Shown here one piece after another: positions 31,876 through 40,771 of a stretch of DNA of 49,018 nt. The stretch lies in the NCBI GenBank assembly GCA_002478275.1, contig DLMY01000019.1, positions 1-49,018 of the forward strand, read 5' to 3'. Made by a program: the position numbers and the translations under genes. Position 1 is the stretch's first letter, and each line of letters opens with the position of its first letter. The notes beneath the pieces are model-generated. The model saw only the letters and a list, made by a program, of their open reading frames with translations. It had not been told where the DNA came from and searched no databases. This DNA is from Actinobacteria bacterium UBA7524 (GTDB lineage Bacteria > Actinomycetota > Coriobacteriia > Anaerosomatales > UBA912).

Positions 31876-32259
31876 TTGGAGTACGCGTACAAGCGCGTAG
31901 GGAGCGAGAGCTTCGACAGCACCGTCGATGCCGTGGAGCGTTCCGTGGGTCGACACGGGTTCGTCGTCCATCAATGTCATGACATACACAAGAGACTGGC
32001 TGCCAAGGGATTCCCGATCCGGCCCCTTGTGATATTCGAGGTCGCCCCCGAGGCCGAATCGCCCGAGGAGGCGATCTCGTTGCTTCTTCCTGTCAGGGTC
32101 AACGTCTACGAAGAAGGCGGTTCGGTTACCGTCTCAGCGCTTCGACCCTCCGTCTTCGCGGCGATCTTTCCCGAGCGGGGGTTGGACGAACTCGCGATGG
32201 AGGTCGAGAAGGTGGTCGTGGCTATTGTGGACGGCGCGGTCGACCAGTCTGCTACTTGA
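31876..32259 (+). CDS. DUF302 domain protein
   Basis: SFDSTVDAVERSVGRHGF.V....DIHKRLAAKG...LLLPVRVNVYE....V.VSALRP; TTG after GAGGTG. Confidence 0.8.
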   Translation: MEYAYKRVGSESFDSTVDAVERSVGRHGFVVHQCHDIHKRLAAKGFPIRPLVIFEVAPEAESPEEAISLLLPVRVNVYEEGGSVTVSALRPSVFAAIFPERGLDELAMEVEKVVVAIVDGAVDQSAT

Positions 32260-32551
32260 TGCAGGACGAGTACTTCAGGAACACGGCGATCGCCTCGTCA
32301 ATCAGATCGTCACGCGACTTCTCCTGGTCGTCCATGAGGCAGTGCTTCATGGAGTGTCCGATGATGTGCAGTCCCACCTGGTTGAGCGCGGACTTCGCGG
32401 CCATGATCTGGGTGAGGACGTCCTCGCATTCCTTGCCCGTCTCTATCATCGTCTGAAGGCCGCGGATCTGGCCCTCGAGCCGCTTCAGTCGGTTGACTAT
32501 CCTCTTGCGCTCCGCCGCATCGGCTTCTACCGCTTCTACGATCTCTTGCAT
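32252..32551 (-). CDS. CsoR/RcnR-family repressor, CstR-like
   Basis: RLKRLEGQIRGL..MIE...ECEDVLTQI.A...AL...SMKHCL; start set at ATG 32551 after GGAG (32563 and 32584 also possible). Confidence 0.9.
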   Translation of the reverse strand: MQEIVEAVEADAAERKRIVNRLKRLEGQIRGLQTMIETGKECEDVLTQIMAAKSALNQVGLHIIGHSMKHCLMDDQEKSRDDLIDEAIAVFLKYSSCIK

Positions 32552-32601
32552 CGTTGGCTCCATGTCTCCGGCTTGGGGTATCATGTGACGTTGCCCGGAC
32601 C

Positions 32602-32630
32602 ATTATACCCCCAGGGGGTATGTCGGGCAA
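32602..32630 (-). promoter_or_regulatory. Promoter of the repressor gene with an embedded operator
   Basis: Minus strand TTGCCC-N17-TATAAT; perfect palindrome ATACCCCC-A-GGGGGTAT at 32605-32621. Confidence 0.8.
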
Positions 32631-32663
32631 GCGTCACACCTAACGCTACGGTTGGGCGGGCTC

Positions 32664-33608
32664 ATGGGTTATCGTCGGGATGACTCTTCGCAGATATCGA
32701 CGGATCGCATGAGGCGCATCCGGCGGGTGTTGTGGACGATTCTCCTGCTTAACGTGTCGGTCGCGGCGGCCAAGCTGGGCTGGGGTCTTGTCAGCGGCAG
32801 CATCGCCATGCAGGCTGATGGCTTCCATTCGATGTTCGACGGCACATCCAACGTCGTCGGGCTTGTTGGGATGTACCTTGCATCACGCCCGGCAGACCGC
32901 GATCACCCGTACGGTCACGGCAAGTACGAGACCTACGCCTCAGCTGCTATCGGAGCGATGTTGGCGTTGGCGGCGTGGCGGGTCGGAAGCGCTGCGGTGG
33001 CGCAGTTCGTCAACGGTGTCCAGCCGGCCAGAGTCGATGCGACCTCATTCGTGATCATGGCAGCTACGCTGGCCATCAACATAGGCGTGACGACATATGA
33101 ACGCCGTGTGGGGCGCGAGCTTCGCAGCGACATCCTCATCGCCGATGCCGCTCATACCGGGAGTGACGTGATGGTCAGTCTCGGGGTCATCGCCGGTCTG
33201 GTCGCGGTCAGGGCAGGCTACCCGCTGGCCGATCCCGCCATAGCGCTGCTGGTTTCACTTGCTATCGCCCGGACCGCATTCGGGGTCTTCCTCCATGCCG
33301 GGGAGACGCTCTCCGATACGGCTCGCATCGACCCCAAGGCCATATGTCGCGTCGTGCGCGGCGTGGACGGCGCACTCGGGTGTCACGGAGTGAGGACGCG
33401 CGGTTCGGCTTCCGAGGTCTACGTCGACCTGCATGTGCAGGTGGCCGCAGAGATGAGCGTGACGGCCGGTCACGCCGTCGCCGAGGCCACCGAGCGCGCC
33501 GTATGCGAAGCGTTCCCGGAGGTGGCGGACGTGATCGTCCACCTTGAGCCGTATGACGCCTATCAGATCTCTAAGACCGCCGAGGAGATCGATGCCGGAC
33601 TTGCGTGA
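32664..33608 (+). CDS. Cation diffusion facilitator (FieF/CzcD-like)
   Basis: ADGFHSMFD, PADRDHPYGHGKYE, ADAAHTGSD, VDLHVQV, VIVHLEP. Confidence 0.94.
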   Translation: MGYRRDDSSQISTDRMRRIRRVLWTILLLNVSVAAAKLGWGLVSGSIAMQADGFHSMFDGTSNVVGLVGMYLASRPADRDHPYGHGKYETYASAAIGAMLALAAWRVGSAAVAQFVNGVQPARVDATSFVIMAATLAINIGVTTYERRVGRELRSDILIADAAHTGSDVMVSLGVIAGLVAVRAGYPLADPAIALLVSLAIARTAFGVFLHAGETLSDTARIDPKAICRVVRGVDGALGCHGVRTRGSASEVYVDLHVQVAAEMSVTAGHAVAEATERAVCEAFPEVADVIVHLEPYDAYQISKTAEEIDAGLA

Positions 33609-34572
33609 TCGCCCCGGCCAGCAGTGGAGGGGCTATGTCCTTGCGGTGCTGGCAGCCATATGCTGGGCTACGGGAGGTCTGGTCGCCAAGTGGTTGTTCG
33701 GGCCTCACGACGCGTCGGTCGGACGTTGGCTGCTGTCCGCGCCCGCGATCGAGGCGACACCCGCTGCGCTTGCGAGTGCTCGTGCGATGTTCGCTGCGGT
33801 CGTCCTGGCCATCGGTCTGGCCGTCGTGCGTCCTGCGTCGTTCCGGGTGCGCACGCGCGACCTGGGCTTCCTGGCCGTGTTCGGTGTGGCCGGTCTTGCG
33901 GGCATGCATGTCGCCTACTTCCAGGCGATCGCCCACGCCAACGTTGCGACCGCCATACTCCTGGAGTACCTCGCTCCCGTGATCGTTCTCGTATTCTCCG
34001 TTCTCGTCCTCGGGCACAGACCCGGGATGGTCTTGCCGGCCGGTGTAATCATGTCCGTCACCGGATGTGCGCTCGTCGTGGGTGCGTTTGGGGGTGAGGG
34101 GCTGAGCGTGTCCACCGCCGGTCTGTTCTGGGGGTTGACCGCCGCTGCCTTCTTCTCGCTCTACACCCTCTTGGGATCGTATGCGGCGGGGCGCTTCTCG
34201 CCGTGGACTCTACTGGTGTACGGGCTGGGGTTCGCCACCGTGTTCTGGCTCGTCTACCTCGGCGGTCCGGGTCCGATCATCGAGCTGGTGAGAGCGCCGG
34301 CGGGGCTGCTTGGCGTCGTGTATCTGGCCGTGTTCGCTACCATCGTGCCTTTCGCGGCGTTCCTGAAAGCTCTCCACTACATCGATGGCACGAAGGCGTT
34401 GATCGCCTCCACGCTGGAGCCGGCCGTGGCCGCTCTGGCCGCATTCGTCCTGTTCGCCGAGCACTTCACATGGCTCCAGATAGCCGGGGGAGTCCTGATC
34501 CTGGGAGCGATACTGGTGGTGCAAAGGCGGCCGGCCACGAGCACCATCACCGAGGTGCCTCCGGGAGTCTGA
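33592..34572 (+). CDS. DMT/EamA family transporter
   Basis: About 10 TM helices in two repeats: AAICWATGG, YFQAI...VATAILLEYLAP, STLEPAVAA; ATG after GAGGAG. Confidence 0.9.
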   Translation: MPDLRDRPGQQWRGYVLAVLAAICWATGGLVAKWLFGPHDASVGRWLLSAPAIEATPAALASARAMFAAVVLAIGLAVVRPASFRVRTRDLGFLAVFGVAGLAGMHVAYFQAIAHANVATAILLEYLAPVIVLVFSVLVLGHRPGMVLPAGVIMSVTGCALVVGAFGGEGLSVSTAGLFWGLTAAAFFSLYTLLGSYAAGRFSPWTLLVYGLGFATVFWLVYLGGPGPIIELVRAPAGLLGVVYLAVFATIVPFAAFLKALHYIDGTKALIASTLEPAVAALAAFVLFAEHFTWLQIAGGVLILGAILVVQRRPATSTITEVPPGV

Positions 34573-34598
34573 GGTCAGGTCACGAACCGCCCCGAACG

Positions 34599-34614
34599 TG
34601 GTATATAGTTTGCT
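34599..34614 (+). promoter_or_regulatory. Sigma54-type site upstream of rpoN
   Basis: TGGTAT-ATAGT-TTGCT, GG-N10-GC; overlaps a TG-n-TATATA extended -10-like hexamer. Confidence 0.6.
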
Positions 34615-34668
34615 AGGGCGCCCGTTTCTCGGGGTCCCTGGCGGACGGACTACGACGGGAGGTGTGGC

Positions 34669-36069
34669 ATGGATCTCGTCCAGCGGCCGGAGCTCAAGCA
34701 GAAGGTCACGCTGTCTCCCCAGGTCTATCAGGGGCTGTCGATCCTCGCCATGCCCGTTGCCGAGCTTCAGCAGATGATAGAGGCAGAGCTCCTGGAGAAC
34801 CCCGTCCTTGAGGTCGAAGAGTTGGACGTCGAGCCTCCCGAAGACGCAGGCTCCGACGATGAGAAGGCAGCCTCAGAGGACGATCGGGCCTGGGACGAGT
34901 GGCTGGAGATGTACGACGACCTGGATTCCGTCGACACGAGCACCCCGAGGGACCCGAACGCCGAGTACGCGAATACCGAGGAGTTCGTGGGAGGCGTTCA
35001 GTCCTTCGATGATTATCTGGTCGAACAGCTCGGGATGCTCGACGTGGCTGAAGACGTCCGTCGCGCTGCACTGGCTGTGATCGGCTCGCTGGATGGCGAT
35101 GGGTTCTTCGTTGGCGATTGCGGGGAGATCGCCGCACTGGTCGATGTGAGCAAACCAGTCGCCGAGGAAGGCTTGCGAGTCGTGCAGCAACTCGACCCTC
35201 CAGGGGTCGGTGCGAGGACACTTGTCGAGGCGCTGATGATCCAGGCTGATTTCCTCGGCCTGCATGAGCCACTGCTCGAGAGGGTGATAAGGGAGCATCT
35301 CGACGACCTTGCCGCGAGCCATTTCCGCAAGGTCGCCAGAGCTCTGGGAGTCTCGGAAGACGAGGTCCGCAGGATCACCGCAGTCCTCAGGACCCTGAAT
35401 CCCCGTCCTGCGGGGGCGTTCTCGCCGGGCCCCGATCCGGGCTATATCGTCCCCGATGTGACACTGAGGCGCTTCGGCGACGAGTGGCTGATCACTCCGA
35501 ACAACGAGTCGGTGCCCACGCTGAAGGTGTCACCACGTTATCGGGCGATGCTTCGAGGGGGCTCCTCGGCGGATGACGAGACGAAGCGGTATCTCAAAGA
35601 CAAGATCAGGTCTGCGGAGAGCCTGATCCGCAACATAGACCGGCGCAAGGACACCGTCAGCCGGATCACCGAGATCATCTTGGAGGTCCAGGCGGAGTTC
35701 TTCGAGGACGGCAAGGGACCGTTGCGCCCGCTGCGACTGGAAGACGTCGCCGTCGAGCTTGGGGTGCATCTGTCGACCGTCAGTCGAGGGGTGACCGGGA
35801 AGTACATGGCGACGCCGTACGGGCTGTTCGAACTCAAGCACTTCTTCGCTGGAGGTTACCGCACCCGGACAGGTATGGACGTCGCCTCGACGAGCATCAA
35901 ACAGAGGCTGCGCGACCTTGTCGCACAGGAGGACTCCGCACATCCGTACTCGGACCAGAAGTTGGCCGAGATGCTCAGTGACGAAGGCGTCAACGTCGCG
36001 AGACGGACCGTCGCGAAGTACCGCGAGGAGCTCGGGATCGAGCCATCGTGGGCAAGGAGACGGCGATGA
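34669..36069 (+). CDS. rpoN: RNA polymerase sigma54 factor
   Basis: ELLENPVLE, LDPPGVGAR, HLSTVSR..TGKY, ELKHFF, SDQKL, RpoN box ARRTVAKYREEL. Confidence 0.97.
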   Translation: MDLVQRPELKQKVTLSPQVYQGLSILAMPVAELQQMIEAELLENPVLEVEELDVEPPEDAGSDDEKAASEDDRAWDEWLEMYDDLDSVDTSTPRDPNAEYANTEEFVGGVQSFDDYLVEQLGMLDVAEDVRRAALAVIGSLDGDGFFVGDCGEIAALVDVSKPVAEEGLRVVQQLDPPGVGARTLVEALMIQADFLGLHEPLLERVIREHLDDLAASHFRKVARALGVSEDEVRRITAVLRTLNPRPAGAFSPGPDPGYIVPDVTLRRFGDEWLITPNNESVPTLKVSPRYRAMLRGGSSADDETKRYLKDKIRSAESLIRNIDRRKDTVSRITEIILEVQAEFFEDGKGPLRPLRLEDVAVELGVHLSTVSRGVTGKYMATPYGLFELKHFFAGGYRTRTGMDVASTSIKQRLRDLVAQEDSAHPYSDQKLAEMLSDEGVNVARRTVAKYREELGIEPSWARRRR

Positions 36070-37654
36070 GCGGCTCCGGCACACCTCAGACCGGCGAGGC
36101 GCGCGATCCCGGACAGGGGGCGCTCAGGGCTGAGTACAGGGCTGCCGTAGTCATCGCTGCGATGCTTACCGTTGTGACGGTACTGCACTTCTACACGAGC
36201 ACCGGGGACAGCTACGTGTGGCTGCATCTTCTCTATCGTCGGCTCTACTACGTCCCCGTACTCTATGCGGCGTTCGTTTTCGGGAGACGCGGTGGCGTTC
36301 TCGCGGCGATCGGTGCCGCACTGCCGTTCGCGATCCACGCGCAGATGGCGTACGGGAGCTTGTGGGGCGACAGCCTGGACAATCTGCTCGAGATCGTCAT
36401 GTACGTGGTCGTGGGCGTGTTGTTCGGCACGCTGCGAGATCTGGAGGAGAGGAAGACGCTGGATCTTCGCCAGGTCAGCGCCAGGCTCGAGGAGGCCTAT
36501 GCAAAGCTCGAAGAACGGGCCATCCAGCTCATCAACATCCAGGACTACACTCAGTCGATCCTGCACTCCATCACGTCTGGAGTGCTCACGGTCGGACCGG
36601 ACGGGTCGGTCACCACGATCAACCCCGCCGCCGAGCGCATGCTTGGAGTCTCCGAGTACGAGATCGTACCTCGCCCTGTGGCCTCGATATTCCGTGACGA
36701 CGGCGGGCTGAGCCGTGACGTCGAAAGGGTGCTCTCCGGCCGGATTCCTTTGACGCTGCGCGAGATCACGGTGGTGACCAAGGTCGGCAGGACCGTCCAT
36801 GTCCAGGCCTCGACATCGCGGATGCGGGCGGTGGGAGGGCGTATCCTGGGGGCGGTTGTGACGTTCGAGGACGTTTCCGAACTCAAGGCGCTCACCGAGC
36901 AGTTGATCCGCGCGGACCGGCTGGCAGCGATGGGCGAGCTGACGGCCGGGGTGGCGCACGAGGTGCGCAANNNNNNNNNNNNNNNNNNNNNNNNNNNNNN
37001 NNNNNNNNNNNNNNNNNNNNNNNNNNNNNNNNNNNNNNNNNNNNNNNNNNNNNNNNNNNNNNNNNNNNNNNNNNNNNNNNNNNNNNNNNNNNNNNNNNNN
37101 NNNNNNNNNNNNNNNNNNNNNNNNNNNNNNNNNNNNNNNNNNNNNNNNNNNNNNNNNNNNNNNNNNCTCCGAGCAAGCCGACGTTCGTGATGACGAACGC
37201 CGAGGAGGTCCTGCGGGATGTGGTGCTCTTCACCAACAGGTTCGCGAAGCAGGCCGACGTTCAGATCGTCGAGAGGTATGCCCCGGCCCTACCTGCAGTC
37301 CTCTCAGATCCCGACCAGCTCAAGCAGGTTTTCTTGAACCTGGTCACTAACGCGGTGCAGGCGATGGAGGAGAGTGGCGGCACCATCACGCTGGAGACGG
37401 CGACGAACGGAGAGTACGTTGAGATCACCGTTGCCGACACCGGGCCGGGGATTCCTGCCCATAACATCAGCAAAGTGTTCGATCCCTTCTTCTCGACCCG
37501 ATCTGAAGGTACCGGTCTGGGACTGACGATCGTGCACCGCATCGTCGACGAGCATGAGGGGCATATCGAAGTAGGGAGCGGTCCCGACGGGACGACGTTT
37601 CGGGTATCGTTGCCGATCGCCATGGAAGACGGAGGGACGGAGACCAGTCGATGA
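36066..37654 (+). CDS. Membrane PAS sensor histidine kinase, NtrB-type (interrupted by N gap 36971-37166)
   Basis: N-terminal TM helices, PAS (INPAAERMLG), H-box AGVAHEVR before the gap; QVFLNLVTNA, DTGPGI, FDPFFST, GTGLGL after it. Confidence 0.9.
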
Positions 37655-39127
37655 AACGTCGCGTTCTGATAGTCGATGACGAGAAGAACATGCGATGGGT
37701 GCTCAGCCAGGCCCTTGAGGCGAGCGACTTCGAGGTCGTCGAAGCGGTAGACGGCAAAGAGGCACTCTCGGCGGTCTCCGAGCAGGTTCCTGATGTCATG
37801 GTGCTCGATCACAGGATGCCGGCGCCCGATGGTATGGAGGTGCTGCGTCGACTCAGAGCGGCGGGCAATACCTTCCCGATCATCATGCTCACGGCCNNNN
37901 NNNNNNNNNNNNNNNNNNNNNNNNNNNNNNNNNNNNNNNNNNNNNNNNNNNNNNNNNNNNNNNNNNNNNNNNNNNNNNNNNNNNNNNNNNNNNNNNNNNN
38001 TCCCGATCATCATGCTCACGGCCCACGGCAACGTCACCCAGGCAGTCGAGGCGATGAAGGCCGGGGCGACCGAGTACCTGACCAAGCCATTCGACCTCGA
38101 TGAACTCAAGATCGCCATAGACAAAGCGCTGCGGCTCAGCGATCTGGCAGCCGAAGTCGAGCGTCTGCGCGAGGAGCTCGATCGTGAGTACGACATCGAG
38201 GGGATCGTTGCCGCAGACCCTGCGATGATAGACATACTGGACCAGGTACGTCGGGTGGCGCCGACGAACGCGACAGTCATGATCTACGGCGAGTCGGGAA
38301 CCGGTAAGGAACTGGTGGCCCGGGCGATCCACGCCCTCTCGGAACGTTCCAGCGGTCCGTTCGTCTCCGTGAGTGCAGGCGCGTTGCCCGAGACGTTGCT
38401 CGAAAGCGAGCTGTTCGGTTACGAGAAGGGGGCGTTCACCGGTGCGATGACTGCGAAGCCCGGACGCTTCGAGATGGCCAACGGCGGGACGCTGTTCCTG
38501 GACGAGATCGGAGACATCACCCCCAACGTTCAGGTCAAGTTGCTCAGGGTCCTGCAGGAACGCAGCTTCGAGCGGCTTGGAGGCACGCGCTCCATAGAAG
38601 TGGATGTACGTGTCGTCGCGGCCACGAATCGCGATCTGCAACAACTCATCGCCGAAGGGTCATTCCGAGAGGACCTCTTCTATCGCCTTGCTGTGGTCCC
38701 GATCCAGCTGCCGGCGTTACGGCATAAGACGAGCGACATCCCGTTGTTGGTAGCGCATTTCCTGGAGAAGTACAGGGCCGGGAGCAAGAAACTGTCGCAA
38801 GAGGCGATGGAGGCGCTTGTCACCTACAAGTGGCCCGGCAACATCCGGGAGCTGGAGAACACCATCGAGCGTATCGTCATCCTGTCCCAGGGCGATGAGA
38901 TCGGCCTGACGGACCTGCCGGAAGAGGTACGGTTCGGCGGTACGTCGTGCCAGAAGGCGACGACAGGTATCGTCCTGCCGGAAGAGGGCTGTGATCTGGA
39001 AGAGGTCGAGCTTGACCTGCTCCGTCAGGCTCTCGACAGGTCGGGCGGAAGCATTCCGAAGGCGGCCAAGTTGGTTGGTTTGACGACCAAGACTCTCGAA
39101 GCGAGGATGACGCGCTTCGGACTGTAG
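37651..39127 (+). CDS. Sigma54-dependent response regulator (REC-AAA+-HTH, NtrC family; spans N gap 37897-38000)
   Basis: [58 protein letters not shown]. Confidence 0.94.
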
Positions 39128-39198
39128 CCGGCTTCCTCGCTCTGTCTGTCCTTGAAGTCACACCATCCGTCCGCCCGACGCTCACACGCTCGGTCCGT

Positions 39199-39214
39199 TG
39201 GCACACACCTTGCA
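39199..39214 (+). promoter_or_regulatory. Sigma54 (-24/-12) promoter
   Basis: TGGCAC-ACACC-TTGCA, consensus match, just downstream of the bEBP gene. Confidence 0.85.
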
Positions 39215-39255
39215 CTTTCAGGATGTCTGCCCGAACCGGCAACGGAGCGACGAAG

Positions 39256-39627
39256 GTGAACAGGTCTGACATCAAGGGGATAGTACCTATCCTGAGCGGC
39301 GCTGGGCTCGTCGTTGGTGTCGGGCTGGCCGGAGCGGCGTACCTCAACGGTAGCGACGGATTCGAGTTCTGTGTCGCCAGTACCCCCTTCGGCTGGGCGG
39401 CCACTATGCTGGCCGGATTGGTTCTGCTGGTCGTGAGCGTCGCTCTCGTGCGTTCCGCAGGTAAGGGGATGCGTTCTGTGGACGATGTGGCGCAGACCGC
39501 CGACTGCATGGCGTGCGGCAGCCCGATCGTTGAGGGCTGGCGAATCTGTCCACATTGTGGCGCGTTGCTCGAGTGTGAGGTGCGCGTGCCCACGCATCGC
39601 GAGGCCGTAGACGTGCCTCAGGCATGA
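39256..39627 (+). CDS. Small two-TM protein with a C-terminal zinc ribbon
   Basis: Two hydrophobic helices, then CMACG...WRICPHCG; GTG start assumed (ATG 39223 lies too near the predicted start of transcription). Confidence 0.75.
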   Translation: MNRSDIKGIVPILSGAGLVVGVGLAGAAYLNGSDGFEFCVASTPFGWAATMLAGLVLLVVSVALVRSAGKGMRSVDDVAQTADCMACGSPIVEGWRICPHCGALLECEVRVPTHREAVDVPQA

Positions 39628-39722
39628 CCTGGCAGGCTCGCATGCGTTTCACGCAGGGTTTCCGGGGGGACTCTAAGGGCAGACGACTGTCCGCTCTCGT
39701 CCAGGATTCGGGAGGTTGAGAC

Positions 39723-39947
39723 ATGGGTGCGCTCGTAGAGGCACGCCTCAAGACCACGGGCATGCATTGCCGGTCGTGTTCCATGCTCGTCGACATGACA
39801 TTGGGGGACCTTGATGGTGTGGAAGACGTCACCACGGATCACGTGACCGGATCCACCTACGTTCGTTTCGACCCGGACAGGATCGGTGTCGAGCGGATGA
39901 TCGCCGAGATCAGGGCGGTCGGATATGATGCCGAAGAGCAGCGATGA
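39723..39947 (+). CDS. Heavy-metal-associated (CopZ-like) metallochaperone
   Basis: GMHCRSC, L..LDGV, I...GY; GGAGG RBS. Confidence 0.92.
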   Translation: MGALVEARLKTTGMHCRSCSMLVDMTLGDLDGVEDVTTDHVTGSTYVRFDPDRIGVERMIAEIRAVGYDAEEQR

Positions 39948-40008
39948 GGTCGTGCACTTCGTGTAATGTTGCGAGTGAGACCGGATCCCACGGAAGGATC
40001 GCACAAGC

Positions 40009-40737
40009 ATGGATGGTTCCTCGGTAGGCATCGCGGCAGCGTTCGCTGCGGGCGTCGTATCGTTCCTGTCCCCTTGCGTGCTGCCTCTGGTTCCCGGCTA
40101 TCTCTCCTTCATCACCGGCTATTCGGTCAGTGAGCTGTCGGAACGACGTGGTTCTGTGTGGTCGATCCTTTTGCCGAGCCTTCTGTTCGTGGCGGGCTTC
40201 ACCGTCGTGTTCGTGGGTCTGGGAGCTTCTGCGTCCATGCTTGGCGGATTCCTGCTGGAGTATCGCGGGATCTTGATCAAGGCCGCCGGCGTCCTTGTGT
40301 TCGCTCTGGGCTTCTTCATGCTCGGAATCGTCAAGGTGCCGTGGATGTATGGAGAGGCGCGCTTTGACATGGGTAAGACCAGGTCGTTCGGGTCGTTAGC
40401 CGCGCTCGTCATGGGTATGGCTTTCGCTTTCGGGTGGACTCCGTGCGTCGGGCCGATCCTCGGTTCGATTCTGACTTTGGCCGGCTCGAGCGGGGATGTC
40501 GGCTACGGAGCGTTCTTACTTGCGGTCTACTCGCTTGGTCTCGGGGTGCCCTTTGTGATCGTGGCCTTGGCTTTCAGCAGACTGCGCGGCGTTCTTGCAT
40601 GGATGAATCGGCACGCGCTGGTGGTCAACAGGGTCTCCGGCCTGTTGCTCATGGCGGTAGGAGCATTGATCTTCACCGGACAGCTGGGGAGGCTCGCCCT
40701 GTGGTTGACGGGCGTCCTTCCCGGACTCCGGATCTGA
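40009..40737 (+). CDS. ccdA: CcdA/DsbD-type transmembrane thiol-disulfide electron transporter
   Basis: SFLSPCVLPLVPGYLS and FGWTPCVGPILG. Confidence 0.93.
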   Translation: MDGSSVGIAAAFAAGVVSFLSPCVLPLVPGYLSFITGYSVSELSERRGSVWSILLPSLLFVAGFTVVFVGLGASASMLGGFLLEYRGILIKAAGVLVFALGFFMLGIVKVPWMYGEARFDMGKTRSFGSLAALVMGMAFAFGWTPCVGPILGSILTLAGSSGDVGYGAFLLAVYSLGLGVPFVIVALAFSRLRGVLAWMNRHALVVNRVSGLLLMAVGALIFTGQLGRLALWLTGVLPGLRI

Positions 40738-40771
40738 TAGGTCGTCGACCGGCGATAGGGGGCTGGACCCA

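Noticed and set aside
31835..31900. Second TGA read as another Sec (U-G-U-C...)
   Set aside because: Only 6 nt from the hairpin stem, too close for SECIS geometry, and readthrough would overlap the DUF302 gene
36971..37166. Histidine kinase split into two ORFs
   Set aside because: The break is an N gap of estimated length covering the DHp region; both flanks are normal kinase sequence
37874..38023. 23-nt direct repeat and apparent frameshift flanking the N gap in the sigma54 regulator
   Set aside because: TCCCGATCATCATGCTCACGGCC is identical on both sides; merging the copies gives one intact REC-AAA+ frame, so this is a scaffolding artefact, not a pseudogene
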